A DNA stretch of 64,000 bases. Source: Escherichia phage SUT_E520. Shown one piece after another: positions 1 to 8,866 of this stretch. The stretch's first letter is position 1. Every line of letters starts with the position of its first letter. The position numbers were made by a program, and so were the translations under genes. The notes beneath the pieces are model-generated. The model saw only the letters and a program-made list of their open reading frames with translations, did not search any database and was not told where the DNA came from. The stretch lies in sequence record OQ990040; one strand, written 5' to 3'.

Positions 1-53
1 ACATCCATCCCTTCAGGGGACATAAGATCTGGTACTAATACATCATTTGCCAT
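1..53 (-). CDS. hypothetical protein, N-terminal fragment (gene continues leftward out of window)
   Basis: ATG at 53-51 on minus strand with AGGAGG RBS (revcomp of 57-62); frame open to window edge; immediately downstream of the pb5-like gene stop. Confidence 0.3.
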   Translation of the reverse strand, partial: MANDVLVPDLMSPEGMD

Positions 54-63
54 ATTTCCTCCT

Positions 64-2163
64 TTAGGTAAGGCGTTGAATTATAAGTTTAATATTTGGT
101 AAGCATGCTTTCATGCCAATTATATTGCTCATAGAGGATTCTAACCAAATAGAGATATTATTATTTCCATCATTTCTCATATAATATGTTAGAGTATAGT
201 AACCCGTTTGACCTACTGATCCCGGCAACCCAGATACCCAGTACGGAGTTGGAGTATACCCAGCAGCCTGTAATTTACAAGCATTTACTACAGTACCTTT
301 AATAGTAAAAAATGGTACATATTCTCCTGCAGGTAGGGACAATATTTGGTGAAGTTTTTTATCGATAGTATTGCCACCCATTCTGAACCTACTATCTCCA
401 TATTCGGCGCCTTTAGATAGCATTTCCGTAGGATTAAAGCAGCCAATACCTCCTGCAGACAACCATGTGTCATCCAGGAACTCCATAGTACATACAATTG
501 CGCCATTTCTACTACTATTAAGATCTAGTCCCACGGTGCCAACATGCACGGAACCATTACCCTGAAATACTATGTTACCAGATAGTACAGTACTTCCGCT
601 ACCACCTAGAAGTCTTAAAGGTAAAAGATTCTCACTCCAAACATCTCCATAATTGCTGCCTATTTTTGGAGGATTACTAGAAACATACCAAGATGCTGAA
701 GGTAAAAAGTTATAAATACTAACTACATTAGTATTTAAACCACCAACGTTACCACCNNNNNNNNNNNNNNNNNNNNNNNNNNNNNNNNNNNNNNNNNNNN
801 NNNNNNNNNNNNNNNNNNNNNNNNNNNNNNNNNNNNNNNNNNNNNNNNNNNNNNNNGAAACATACCAAGATGCTGAAGGTAAAAAGTTATAAATACTAAC
901 TACATTAGTATTTAAACCACCAACGTTACCACCTTTAATACTTGGTGCGTTATTGCTTTCCGTAGTGGGCAGCCCAAATGTTGCTATGCCAGAAACTCCA
1001 GTAGAGGGGGCACCCATACTCAAGTTACACCCAACATCACGAAAATCAGCTCTGCTACCTACATTAAAGTTTTTCTCAACAAAGTTAATAAACTTCCATG
1101 ACGTATTATTAACATTAACCCCTTTAATAATAAACTCTCTTGGGCTAAGTTTAATATCATTGCCAGTAAATAGCCCACTATCAATACTGTATCCTGAGCC
1201 ATTGTATACTAGATTGGTAACATACCAAGTAATTTTAGATGGATAAATACCGAGGTGCTCACTATATATACCTATAGGCCCATTAGCAGCATCATTCGGA
1301 TCACCCATACTTTCCCAATAAGCATAGTTAGTGGGATCAGCACGTGCGAAACCTACAGAGTACTTAGGAGCCGAGGGATTGCTAGGGTTATCTATAAAGT
1401 TAAGAGCCCCAGAACTAGAAGCACCGTGCACAGCTCCAGCAGTGGTATAGTTAGGCCCTTCCATACCGTAAAGAACTCTATTGCAAGATCTACCACGAAC
1501 ATATATGGCGTTAAATCCAAAGTTTCTAGCTCCGGGATGCCTAACGTAGTCGCTAGGGATAGTTATGGATCCTGAGCTGGGCACAATATATCCTGAACCA
1601 TCCCAGGCAGACTTATAAAGAGCGGCACCACCTAAGTACATTGCACTAGATGCAAATCCTCTACGCCCACTAAAGGCGCCAAACATATGCTGACATCCAG
1701 TACCATCTCTAAGCTTCTGGGGAATAGTTCCACTAGTTCCACTGTTAAAATAACCTACATCAAGGGATAGATCAGCACTAGCTGTTATTTGTGTTTTTAA
1801 GCCACCCTGGGACATGACCTGTGGATTTATAATTCCGTACGCCTTAGCACCTACCCCCATAGACATACCGGATAACATATGTCTAGAGCCATCTGAGAAC
1901 TCAATCTCCGTCAGCACAACTCTATTAGGATCATTATTATGTAACTGGGTAATTCTGCTAGGCATATCAGACCAGTAGTAATCTCCAGCACCTTGATCTA
2001 GCCTTAACCCTGTGGAGTGAGTTTCTGTTATGATAACATGGGGCATATCTGAATGGAATATGGTCTGAGAGTCAGGATTAATATGTTGATTAGTATCTCC
2101 GCCACTACCCCTGCGCAGAGAGAGTATAGATTTATTATTTAGCTTGCCAGCGAAAAAACTCAT
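64..2163 (-). CDS. oad: receptor-binding tail protein, pb5-like (FhuA-binding RBP); frame spans a 100-N scaffold gap with duplicated flanks, true length about 640 aa
   Basis: 699-aa ORF; N-terminus MSFFAGKLNNKSILSLRRGSGG and overall Gly/Ser/Asn-rich composition match my recollection of T5 pb5; divergently adjacent to an Llp-like lipoprotein gene as in T5; 33 X plus a repeated 27-aa stretch are a scaffolding artefact. Confidence 0.55.
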   Translation of the reverse strand: MSFFAGKLNNKSILSLRRGSGGDTNQHINPDSQTIFHSDMPHVIITETHSTGLRLDQGAGDYYWSDMPSRITQLHNNDPNRVVLTEIEFSDGSRHMLSGMSMGVGAKAYGIINPQVMSQGGLKTQITASADLSLDVGYFNSGTSGTIPQKLRDGTGCQHMFGAFSGRRGFASSAMYLGGAALYKSAWDGSGYIVPSSGSITIPSDYVRHPGARNFGFNAIYVRGRSCNRVLYGMEGPNYTTAGAVHGASSSGALNFIDNPSNPSAPKYSVGFARADPTNYAYWESMGDPNDAANGPIGIYSEHLGIYPSKITWYVTNLVYNGSGYSIDSGLFTGNDIKLSPREFIIKGVNVNNTSWKFINFVEKNFNVGSRADFRDVGCNLSMGAPSTGVSGIATFGLPTTESNNAPSIKGGNVGGLNTNVVSIYNFLPSASWYVXXXXXXXXXXXXXXXXXXXXXXXXXXXXXXXXXXGGNVGGLNTNVVSIYNFLPSASWYVSSNPPKIGSNYGDVWSENLLPLRLLGGSGSTVLSGNIVFQGNGSVHVGTVGLDLNSSRNGAIVCTMEFLDDTWLSAGGIGCFNPTEMLSKGAEYGDSRFRMGGNTIDKKLHQILSLPAGEYVPFFTIKGTVVNACKLQAAGYTPTPYWVSGLPGSVGQTGYYTLTYYMRNDGNNNISIWLESSMSNIIGMKACLPNIKLIIQRLT
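757..856. other. scaffold gap (100 N) with about 77-bp duplicated flanks (680-756 equals 857-933)
   Basis: run of n; identical sequence gaaacataccaagatgctgaagg...accaccaacgttaccacc on both sides. Confidence 0.95.
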
Positions 2164-2182
2164 AAGTTCTCCAAAAATTTAA

Positions 2183-2211
2183 TTGCCTATATTGCTATAA
2201 TTCTGTATAAT
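2183..2211 (+). promoter_or_regulatory. sigma70-type promoter upstream of llp (-35 TTGCCT, 17-bp spacer, -10 TATAAT)
   Basis: TTGCCT at 2183-2188, TATAAT at 2206-2211; AGGAGA RBS before ATG at 2243. Confidence 0.45.
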
Positions 2212-2242
2212 AGTATTATAAATTAAACATAGGAGAATGTAA

Positions 2243-2476
2243 ATGAAAAAATTATTTTTAGCTATGGCAGTGGTACTTCTTTCGGCTTGCTCTACTTTTG
2301 GTCCTAAAGATATTAAATGTGAGGCCTACTATGTACAAGATCATGTGAAATATAAGGCTAATGTTTTTGATAGGAAAGGGGATATGTTTTTGGTGTCACC
2401 AATTATGGCCTATGGGTCTTTTTGGGCTCCCGTAAGCTACTTTACTGAGGGGAATACATGTGAGGGAGTTTTCTAA
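2243..2476 (+). CDS. llp: lytic-conversion lipoprotein Llp-like (FhuA-blocking superinfection exclusion)
   Basis: 77 aa; signal peptide MKKLFLAMAVVLLSAC with lipobox LSAC; small Cys-containing mature part; divergent from oad as in T5. Confidence 0.65.
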   Translation: MKKLFLAMAVVLLSACSTFGPKDIKCEAYYVQDHVKYKANVFDRKGDMFLVSPIMAYGSFWAPVSYFTEGNTCEGVF

Positions 2477-2767
2477 GTAAAAACGACCTTAGTAACTATC
2501 ACCACTTAAGATAATCCTAGCGCAGAATTAGTCCAGGATGCCACACAAGACACTAGGGAAGGTATAATAAGAATATTTATACTAATCACTGCAATTGCTA
2601 GGGTATTCCAAATACCATACTCATAGGAGCATGAAAGATATGTCAAATAAAAGAAAGAACAGACGTGGAGAAGTGTACGAAGCGTGGGTTAATATTTACG
2701 GATTTGGTTTTGTATTATTCTTAATCTTCGTAGGTTTTTGGTTAGCAGCTATGGCGGGGTGGCTATA

Positions 2768-2923
2768 ATGGAATGGGTAATTATTGGCATATTCGTCTTA
2801 TTGATACTTCTCTTTGCAGGCTTACGTGTAATAGATACCTCTGTAACCCAAACAGAGATTAAATTAATGCAGTTGAGCAATAGATTATCTAGAATTGAAA
2901 CTTTATTAGAGGAGCGTAAATAA
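2768..2923 (+). CDS. small single-pass membrane protein, tandem paralog 1
   Basis: ATG at 2768; N-terminal TM helix MEWVIIGIFVLLILLFAGL followed by charged coiled-coil tail ending RIETLLEERK. Confidence 0.4.
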   Translation: MEWVIIGIFVLLILLFAGLRVIDTSVTQTEIKLMQLSNRLSRIETLLEERK

Positions 2924-3030
2924 TGGAATGGGTAATTATTGCACTACTGGGGATTGTGATTATTGGGCAATGTATCTTAGATAATCACTTAGCTAGAATC
3001 GAAACCTTACTATCGGAGAAACATAAATGA
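2923..3030 (+). CDS. small single-pass membrane protein, tandem paralog 2 (35 aa)
   Basis: ATG overlaps upstream stop (TAATG); MEWVIIALLGIVIIG...ARIETLLSEKHK shares N- and C-terminal motifs with paralog 1. Confidence 0.35.
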   Translation: MEWVIIALLGIVIIGQCILDNHLARIETLLSEKHK

Positions 3031-3221
3031 TGGAAGTGGCAATTACACTAATGGTAATATTAGTCTGGGTAATCCTCATTGTCTCTCGTATCGTGTATCT
3101 CCGCCTAAAAACTCTAGAAGCCCAGGTAAAACAACAACAAGTTATTCTAGAAAAGCTAGTACTACTGCAACGTTGTGATAGCACCCGTATTCTGCAAATT
3201 GAGAGGGAATTAGATGTTTAG
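3027..3221 (+). CDS. small single-pass membrane protein, tandem paralog 3
   Basis: ATGA start/stop overlap with paralog 2; TM helix then coiled-coil. Confidence 0.4.
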   Translation: MMEVAITLMVILVWVILIVSRIVYLRLKTLEAQVKQQQVILEKLVLLQRCDSTRILQIERELDV

Positions 3222-3459
3222 TATTATAATTGCTTTTATTATCGGGATACTCGCGGGAGTTTTCGGGACGACTGCGGCAATCAATAAGCATCGGGAATAT
3301 ATTGCGGGAGTGACGCGGGAGATTGCGGAAAGGGAGCGGAAGTTTGACGAGAAACGTGCGGAGTTTGAGCGAGAGTGGTCGGATGGATCTCGGGCGTCGC
3401 GGAAGAGATTCCGGGAGTTCAGACCAGAACACAGGTTTGATGACCCTTCTATGCGCTAA
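3214..3459 (+). CDS. small single-pass membrane protein, tandem paralog 4 (Arg/Glu-rich tail)
   Basis: overlaps paralog 3 stop; TM helix MFSIIIAFIIGILAGVFG then highly charged tail. Confidence 0.4.
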   Translation: MFSIIIAFIIGILAGVFGTTAAINKHREYIAGVTREIAERERKFDEKRAEFEREWSDGSRASRKRFREFRPEHRFDDPSMR

Positions 3460-3610
3460 TTCGACTTTTGTCAAATTTCATAAGATTACACATGGAGGTG
3501 TGTCCAGTGGCTCCCCAGATGAGAATGAGTCTCATTACCGCCCGGTACTTAGCAAGCTAATAGTCACGGCATGTTATCATTACACACCGTGACTATTTCA
3601 ACTTTAATTA

Positions 3611-4345
3611 TTACGCAACTTTTAATTTCTCAATATATTGTTGCGGGCTGCAACTATATTCTGCGCGTTCTTCCTCGGTCATACTTTCCCAACATAATTT
3701 CAAACGATCAGCTAGGAACTGATAATCATTATCATCATCGAGAGATTCATCGATAAAGGTTTCACCTATCAATGCAACGCCGATTGATAGAATATCGTTA
3801 ATGGCTTGCGCGTCCAGCGTTTTAAATCCGTATGATGCCGCCGCTGATAGCACGCCTTTATGATCGTCAATCATTGTAAAGTCAGCGTTTGGATATAATT
3901 GTTTAAATAATTCAAAATAATACGATTTATAAATGGCGTCTTTGCTGTGGTATATCTCGCTAACTTTATCAGCTTCAAAATATTTGTGTAGTGTATCGCG
4001 GGAAAATACACGGATATTACTATCACCACGACCGCGCAACCCTTGTTTACGCAAATAATAATAGTCCGACTTGCTCATTAGTCGAGCGGTGCAAATAATG
4101 TTTAAAGTATTTGCATCATTCATACATTGGCGCATATATTCAACCAATGGCAATAAAGTATCTTGCATTATTAAATGATGTTTGCAGGCTTCATTTTTAT
4201 ACTTATTTAAATCTAAATTGCCCTCACTATCAAAGCAAGGCGCTACACGATGGAAAGAATTAATGATAGTGCCGTCTAAATCCCAAATCATGACGCGGGA
4301 AATATGCGGGAAATTACGGGAAATATTCATAATAGCTTTATTCAT
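3611..4345 (-). CDS. dmp: HAD-family 5'-deoxyribonucleotidase, Dmp-like (pre-early)
   Basis: 244 aa; N-terminal HAD motif I IWDLDGTII; size and position match T5 dmp. Confidence 0.55.
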   Translation of the reverse strand: MNKAIMNISRNFPHISRVMIWDLDGTIINSFHRVAPCFDSEGNLDLNKYKNEACKHHLIMQDTLLPLVEYMRQCMNDANTLNIICTARLMSKSDYYYLRKQGLRGRGDSNIRVFSRDTLHKYFEADKVSEIYHSKDAIYKSYYFELFKQLYPNADFTMIDDHKGVLSAAASYGFKTLDAQAINDILSIGVALIGETFIDESLDDDNDYQFLADRLKLCWESMTEEERAEYSCSPQQYIEKLKVA

Positions 4346-4369
4346 TTGTTACGTTCTCCATTAAAGGGA

Positions 4370-4469
4370 NNNNNNNNNNNNNNNNNNNNNNNNNNNNNNN
4401 NNNNNNNNNNNNNNNNNNNNNNNNNNNNNNNNNNNNNNNNNNNNNNNNNNNNNNNNNNNNNNNNNNNNN
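4370..4469. other. scaffold gap (100 N)
   Basis: run of n. Confidence 0.95.
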
Positions 4470-4646
4470 GCGCGCGAATACCACAAAATAAAGCAAATAG
4501 GCAAGTAATTTTTTCATTTATATTTGCTTTGCCCTACTTGACAAAATCTAAAAAGCTCGTGGTAACGATAAACGGCTTATCCCCTTATGATGGGATGGCT
4601 AAAAACTTTATTGCGTTCTGGAGCGTTTTAGGCGCATTCTAGCCTT

Positions 4647-5223
4647 GTTGATAACTTATCCCCAAAAGCAAAAATGAAATTTTCCTAGTTATCCACTTGA
4701 CTTTTATTTTCCAGTGGATAACTACTTATTTTATGAAATAAATTAATTGACTTTTATTTGTTAGTATGCATCGGAAAGATAGCAGACTAATAATTGCTAG
4801 AATGATAATCATGCTGGTGGATTGTAACGACCTGAATTATTAGCAGACTATTAATCACGGAAAAATCTCATTAGCCAACTAACTATTTCATGATATATAA
4901 TATACATATAAATTAATGAGAAATAATAACTATAAGAAATCATCTAGCTAAGTGAGAACCACTATCATTTAAGTTATACACAAAGTTATCCACAGCACTT
5001 TTTGACTTGACACGATAGGCGGCGNNNNNNNNNNNNNNNNNNNNNNNNNNNNNNNNNNNNNNNNNNNNNNNNNNNNNNNNNNNNNNNNNNNNNNNNNNNN
5101 NNNNNNNNNNNNNNNNNNNNNNNNTATACAGTAGGATAAGCTGTTGATAAGTCTGTTGATAACGCCTCAAAATGGCTAGGATTTTGTCAAGTCAAATCGT
5201 GCTGTTGATAAGTCTGTGGATAA
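4647..5223. promoter_or_regulatory. cluster of DnaA-box-like 9-mers (TTATCCACA and one-mismatch variants), both orientations
   Basis: perfect TTATCCACA at 4986-4994 and its reverse complement at 5215-5223; near-consensus boxes at 4647-4664, 4689-4697, 4713-4721, 5142-5150, 5154-5162, 5203-5211. Confidence 0.45.
5025..5124. other. scaffold gap (100 N)
   Basis: run of n. Confidence 0.95.
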
Positions 5224-5224
5224 C
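5139..5224. repeat. two copies of a 25-bp direct repeat gctgttgataagtctgt(t/g)gataac, each carrying two DnaA-box-like motifs
   Basis: copies at 5139-5163 and 5200-5224. Confidence 0.6.
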
Positions 5225-5240
5225 TTAAATAATAGTGTTT

Positions 5241-5404
5241 CTCACTTCCATTCTTAAATACGAATCAGTATCATTCGCATTTCACTATCTAACTAATAAT
5301 CATTCCACTTTTTAAATGAGAATCGTTTCACTTCCTGAATAATTCTCACTTCCATTCTTAAATGCGAATTATTATCATTCACATTCCGCTTTTTAAATGA
5401 GAAT
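5241..5404. repeat. two families of direct repeats in an AT-rich noncoding segment
   Basis: ctcacttccattcttaaat(a/g)cgaat at 5241-5265 and 5345-5369; ctttttaaatgagaat at 5308-5323 and 5389-5404. Confidence 0.5.
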
Positions 5405-5433
5405 GATTCTCATTATCATTCGTATTCAGGCAA

Positions 5434-5451
5434 GCAGGGCAATTGCCCTGC
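5434..5451. repeat. 18-bp perfect palindrome gcagggcaattgccctgc
   Basis: self-complementary sequence directly upstream of the iteron array. Confidence 0.6.
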
Positions 5452-5456
5452 GCTTT

Positions 5457-6056
5457 TGTGCAAATCCGACATTTGCCCCCATGGATTACGCGTGGGCGTG
5501 TATGTGCGAATCCGACAATTTTTGGTAGTGTGCAAATCCGACCCGAAAAATTTTTATAATGTGCGGATCCGACAATGAATTTTCCTAAAAACTCCAGCAA
5601 TCCGATGCTGCGCATCAATCCTGTGGAATTAACTAGAATATGTGCAAATCCGACATGGGTTTATTTGTGCGAATCCGACAAGATTTTTGTGACTTCGATT
5701 GGAGAGTGTGTGATTGTAAGAGTTTGGGGAGAAGTTGAGAGATCGAGAAAAATTTGAGGGAACTGCGAGAGGGGCGCATGTTTGGTGCGTAGCACCTGAT
5801 TTGCGGGGATTTTGGGGAAGAGTTGAGAAGATTTGGGTTAATTTGAGATTAGTGCAGATAAAGTAAAATCTTATTAGCTAAATGGGGCAAAATAGCTTGA
5901 CAAGTGAAAGTTTCTGTGGCTCTAAAAACTCAGGCAATCATGGGCCTTCGGCCCGAAATAATGCTGCCATTTTCAAGAGATTATATGTTCCTAAAAACTT
6001 AGGCAATTGTGCAAATCCGACCATAAATTTCTAGAAACACAATGTGCAAATCCGAC
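5457..6056. repeat. iteron array: 8 copies of 14-bp TGTGC(A/G)(A/G)ATCCGAC
   Basis: copies at 5457, 5502, 5529, 5559, 5641, 5666, 6008 and 6043, irregular spacing, same orientation. Confidence 0.7.
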
Positions 6057-6100
6057 AGTAATTTCTGGAAATGTGTTTTCAAAAAATGTCTCCTAGAAAT

Positions 6101-6173
6101 AACCGCCCTCCCCATAACCGCCCTGTATTAAACCGCCTAGTATATGTTCCTAGAAACTTAGGAGAACCGCCCT
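6101..6173. repeat. four copies of AACCGCC(C)T
   Basis: copies at 6101, 6116, 6131 and 6165. Confidence 0.5.
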
Positions 6174-6593
6174 AGAAAGAGTGAGTATTTCGTGAGAACT
6201 CTGGAGTTTCTAGGAAAGTGTTGTGCCATCCTAGCAGATGAGCGGCAACAGGTGTATCATCTTGAATGTAAATTATGTGGTCAAAAGTTTTACTTTTATT
6301 TTAAATATAAGATCCCCCAGGGTTCTCATATAGAGCTTTGCCCCCGCCAGAAGGTCTCGTGATGTTTCTAGCAATTTATATTAAATTACTTATTAACTTG
6401 TCCTGTCGCTCCGTATCCTCCGCTACAAGTTAGTAATTTTAAATTACTGAACCACCACACCTTCTGTGTGGCAACTCTAAATGGTTAATTCTATTAACTC
6501 ATAGAGTTATGATAACATACATTTAGCTATCTGTCAACGAGAGTTTGTATTTGAGTCTCGGTACAGGTATTGTGCACCGAGACATGCAGGATC

Positions 6594-7478
6594 TTACAGT
6601 AACTCTTGGTATGCTTTTTGGTACGCCTCAGTGTCAGTAGGTGTATCTTTTGCTAGTGCAATTAGTTCATCTGTTATCTGAATGTTCGTATTATAACGTG
6701 TGTGGAACTCGTTAGGAATTTCTAGGTATCTATTGATGAATGCTGCAGCAAGCGGTGTGACTAAACCAATCTCTAGAGATAGCTTAACTTGTTTTTCGTA
6801 GATTAAATATTGAGAATCAGATGGGGTTGGTGGGGTTACATCAATTTTCTCGGGTTCTTTTTCTGGAAGCAATGGATTATTATATAATGCTTCATCTGGA
6901 AGCACAGATTTACGCTCTTTAAATATATAAGTTTCTAGATCCGATGCTTTAGATCCTGAGTATACCGCAAAGATGCTAGCTTTACCCTGTGATGCCCTAA
7001 CTGGTAAATAACTAGTAGGATAGCTTCTTAATGCATCATGGAATGGACTTCCTGAGTACTTGTATGTATCTCCATAGAGATCATCAATATTCATTCGTTC
7101 ATCTTCAAAGATGTGAAATGACTTAAATGGTGGAATGGTGAAGTATTCCATCTGTAACCCATAAACTAAGAAACGATGTGCATATGCACTGATTTTTAAG
7201 ACTGTGAATGCTTTTTCACCTTCTTTATGGGCGTTGCCTTTTGAAGTAACTTGGTAACGTTTACAAAACATCTCTACTAGACGTTTCTCATTAATACTAA
7301 GGGTGGAGTACAGTCGTCCACTTAATCCTATAAGTGCATCGAACATAAATGCTAGTTTATCTTTTTCTTCCTGGGTTAGTTCAGGAAATGGAAGTACTTT
7401 AGCATCAGGAACACTATTATTTTTCTTAGGTTTTGTTTTACCAGCGTTTTGTCTTAGTTTATCTTTAAAGTTATACAT
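6594..7478 (-). CDS. hypothetical protein (294 aa), first gene of the minus-strand early string
   Basis: long ORF, co-directional with neighbours. Confidence 0.5.
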   Translation of the reverse strand: MYNFKDKLRQNAGKTKPKKNNSVPDAKVLPFPELTQEEKDKLAFMFDALIGLSGRLYSTLSINEKRLVEMFCKRYQVTSKGNAHKEGEKAFTVLKISAYAHRFLVYGLQMEYFTIPPFKSFHIFEDERMNIDDLYGDTYKYSGSPFHDALRSYPTSYLPVRASQGKASIFAVYSGSKASDLETYIFKERKSVLPDEALYNNPLLPEKEPEKIDVTPPTPSDSQYLIYEKQVKLSLEIGLVTPLAAAFINRYLEIPNEFHTRYNTNIQITDELIALAKDTPTDTEAYQKAYQELL

Positions 7479-7555
7479 TATTATCTCCCATTTTTAAGGT
7501 CTGGATGACCTTCTTTTTATTTTAGAGCCTCCGTAGAGGCTCATGTATTAGAGGA

Positions 7556-8170
7556 TTAGCTACCTCTCTTATCTTCATTAATAGCAGCTCCCAACGCCTC
7601 CATAATAGCATCCTCTAAACTTCCATGTTTACCAGGATTATTAAAATGAATAGTACAAACAGAACTCCTAGAAACTCCAGCATCCGCAGGTGCTACGCTT
7701 CGCATATCAGATTCAAAAGCTTCTTGAGTATGTTTTAGCTGTACAGATGGGCCGTAATCTTCCACAAACTTATATGACTGCGTACTACTTACCACACCCC
7801 CACAAGGAATATTGTGCATATCCGACATTAATCTTTTATCGGAGTTATTCAGCATTGCGATTGGTCCGGACGGCCATGAATCTCGAATAGTTACTGGAGC
7901 ACTAGGACGGTTCACCTCAGTCTTCACGAGTTTATAACCAGCGTCTATTAGTGCATTAATCAGGTTATCAGCCGGGATGCGAGCCGTGCCAAAAATCTTA
8001 CGAGCATCTTCGAGCTTACTCTCAAGATCTTTACAGGCTTTAAGGTCGGTGTGTGCAAATGTTAGCTTCATAGATTTGAATTGTACAGTAGCAGTTAAAT
8101 CTTTAAAGCTGTAATCCCATGTGTTCAGTTCATGGTCTGGTACTACTTGAATAGGCTGTTGTGTAAACAT
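7556..8170 (-). CDS. hypothetical protein (204 aa)
   Basis: ORF in minus-strand gene string. Confidence 0.5.
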   Translation of the reverse strand: MFTQQPIQVVPDHELNTWDYSFKDLTATVQFKSMKLTFAHTDLKACKDLESKLEDARKIFGTARIPADNLINALIDAGYKLVKTEVNRPSAPVTIRDSWPSGPIAMLNNSDKRLMSDMHNIPCGGVVSSTQSYKFVEDYGPSVQLKHTQEAFESDMRSVAPADAGVSRSSVCTIHFNNPGKHGSLEDAIMEALGAAINEDKRGS

Positions 8171-8355
8171 TATTTATTCTCCAGTTTGTCTAACAGTTTA
8201 TGGGCTGCTAGATTATATTGTTTAAGTTCACGGTTAAGGATTTGGTTCTCACACTTTAACTCTAGATTCTTGTTGTTAAGAATGTTGCAGATTAGTAGAA
8301 GTGCTAGTATTAGTAACAGAGAACCTACGAGCATTAAAAGAAAAAGAGTTTCCAT
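8170..8355 (-). CDS. small membrane protein (61 aa)
   Basis: hydrophobic N-terminus then coiled-coil; abuts neighbours. Confidence 0.35.
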   Translation of the reverse strand: METLFLLMLVGSLLLILALLLICNILNNKNLELKCENQILNRELKQYNLAAHKLLDKLENK

Positions 8356-8588
8356 TATTTGATTCCCATGTAACGTTTAAGATATACGATGAAGTCTTCT
8401 GCTGTATGCTCTACACTACCTTGAGCTACGAATAGCTTGAGAGCTTCACGTTGTAGTTTGAGCCCCGCTACCTCACCACGTAATTTTACTACATCTTCTG
8501 CTAATTCTCTGGCTCTACGCATAATAGCAAAAGATACAAGTACTACGATGAATAACATAACTACTAAAATAATTGCTATGATTTCCAT
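8355..8588 (-). CDS. small membrane protein (77 aa)
   Basis: N-terminal TM helix IIAIILVVMLFIVVLVSFAI. Confidence 0.35.
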   Translation of the reverse strand: MEIIAIILVVMLFIVVLVSFAIMRRARELAEDVVKLRGEVAGLKLQREALKLFVAQGSVEHTAEDFIVYLKRYMGIK

Positions 8589-8866
8589 ACTAACATCCAG
8601 CTTTTATCACACATTTGGGCATGATCTATCAATTCATTCATTGATGTATTGTTATCATAAATGCACTCTAGTATATACCTTCTGTCAAATTCGTCAACCA
8701 AATATTCTACGTTATTTATTACTACTTTATACAGATCTGGGACTAGAGAGCATGTATTTGGTATGGGGCGGCTGCTTAATTCTATTTCATTATAGCCCCA
8801 TGTTGTTTTAAATAGTTTGTTACTAAGTGCTGCTAATGGATTTGACCATATAATATAGCTACTCAC
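8576..8866 (-). CDS. hypothetical protein (96 aa)
   Basis: ORF in gene string. Confidence 0.4.
   Translation of the reverse strand: MSSYIIWSNPLAALSNKLFKTTWGYNEIELSSRPIPNTCSLVPDLYKVVINNVEYLVDEFDRRYILECIYDNNTSMNELIDHAQMCDKSWMLVWKS

Noticed and set aside
953-1575. Plus-strand ORFs (97 and 106 aa) inside the pb5-like gene
   Set aside because: Antisense shadow ORFs fully embedded in a long, well-supported minus-strand gene
4304-4642. 112-aa plus-strand ORF spanning the second N gap
   Set aside because: Reading frame is maintained only through 100 unknown bases; artefact of scaffolding
4940-5170. 76-aa minus-strand ORF spanning the third N gap
   Set aside because: Same artefact; lies in the repeat-rich non-coding region
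5379-5757. Short ORFs (79 and 60 aa) within the iteron array
   Set aside because: Composed of repeat units, no RBS, low-complexity translation; region better explained as regulatory DNA
5457-6056. Possible CRISPR array
   Set aside because: Repeats are 14 bp with irregular spacing and no spacer periodicity; no cas genes; not CRISPR-like
6594-8170. A1/A2 pre-early proteins as the first two large minus-strand ORFs
   Set aside because: Sizes (294 and 204 aa) and composition do not fit what I recall of A1 (about 550 aa) and A2 (about 130 aa); left as hypothetical
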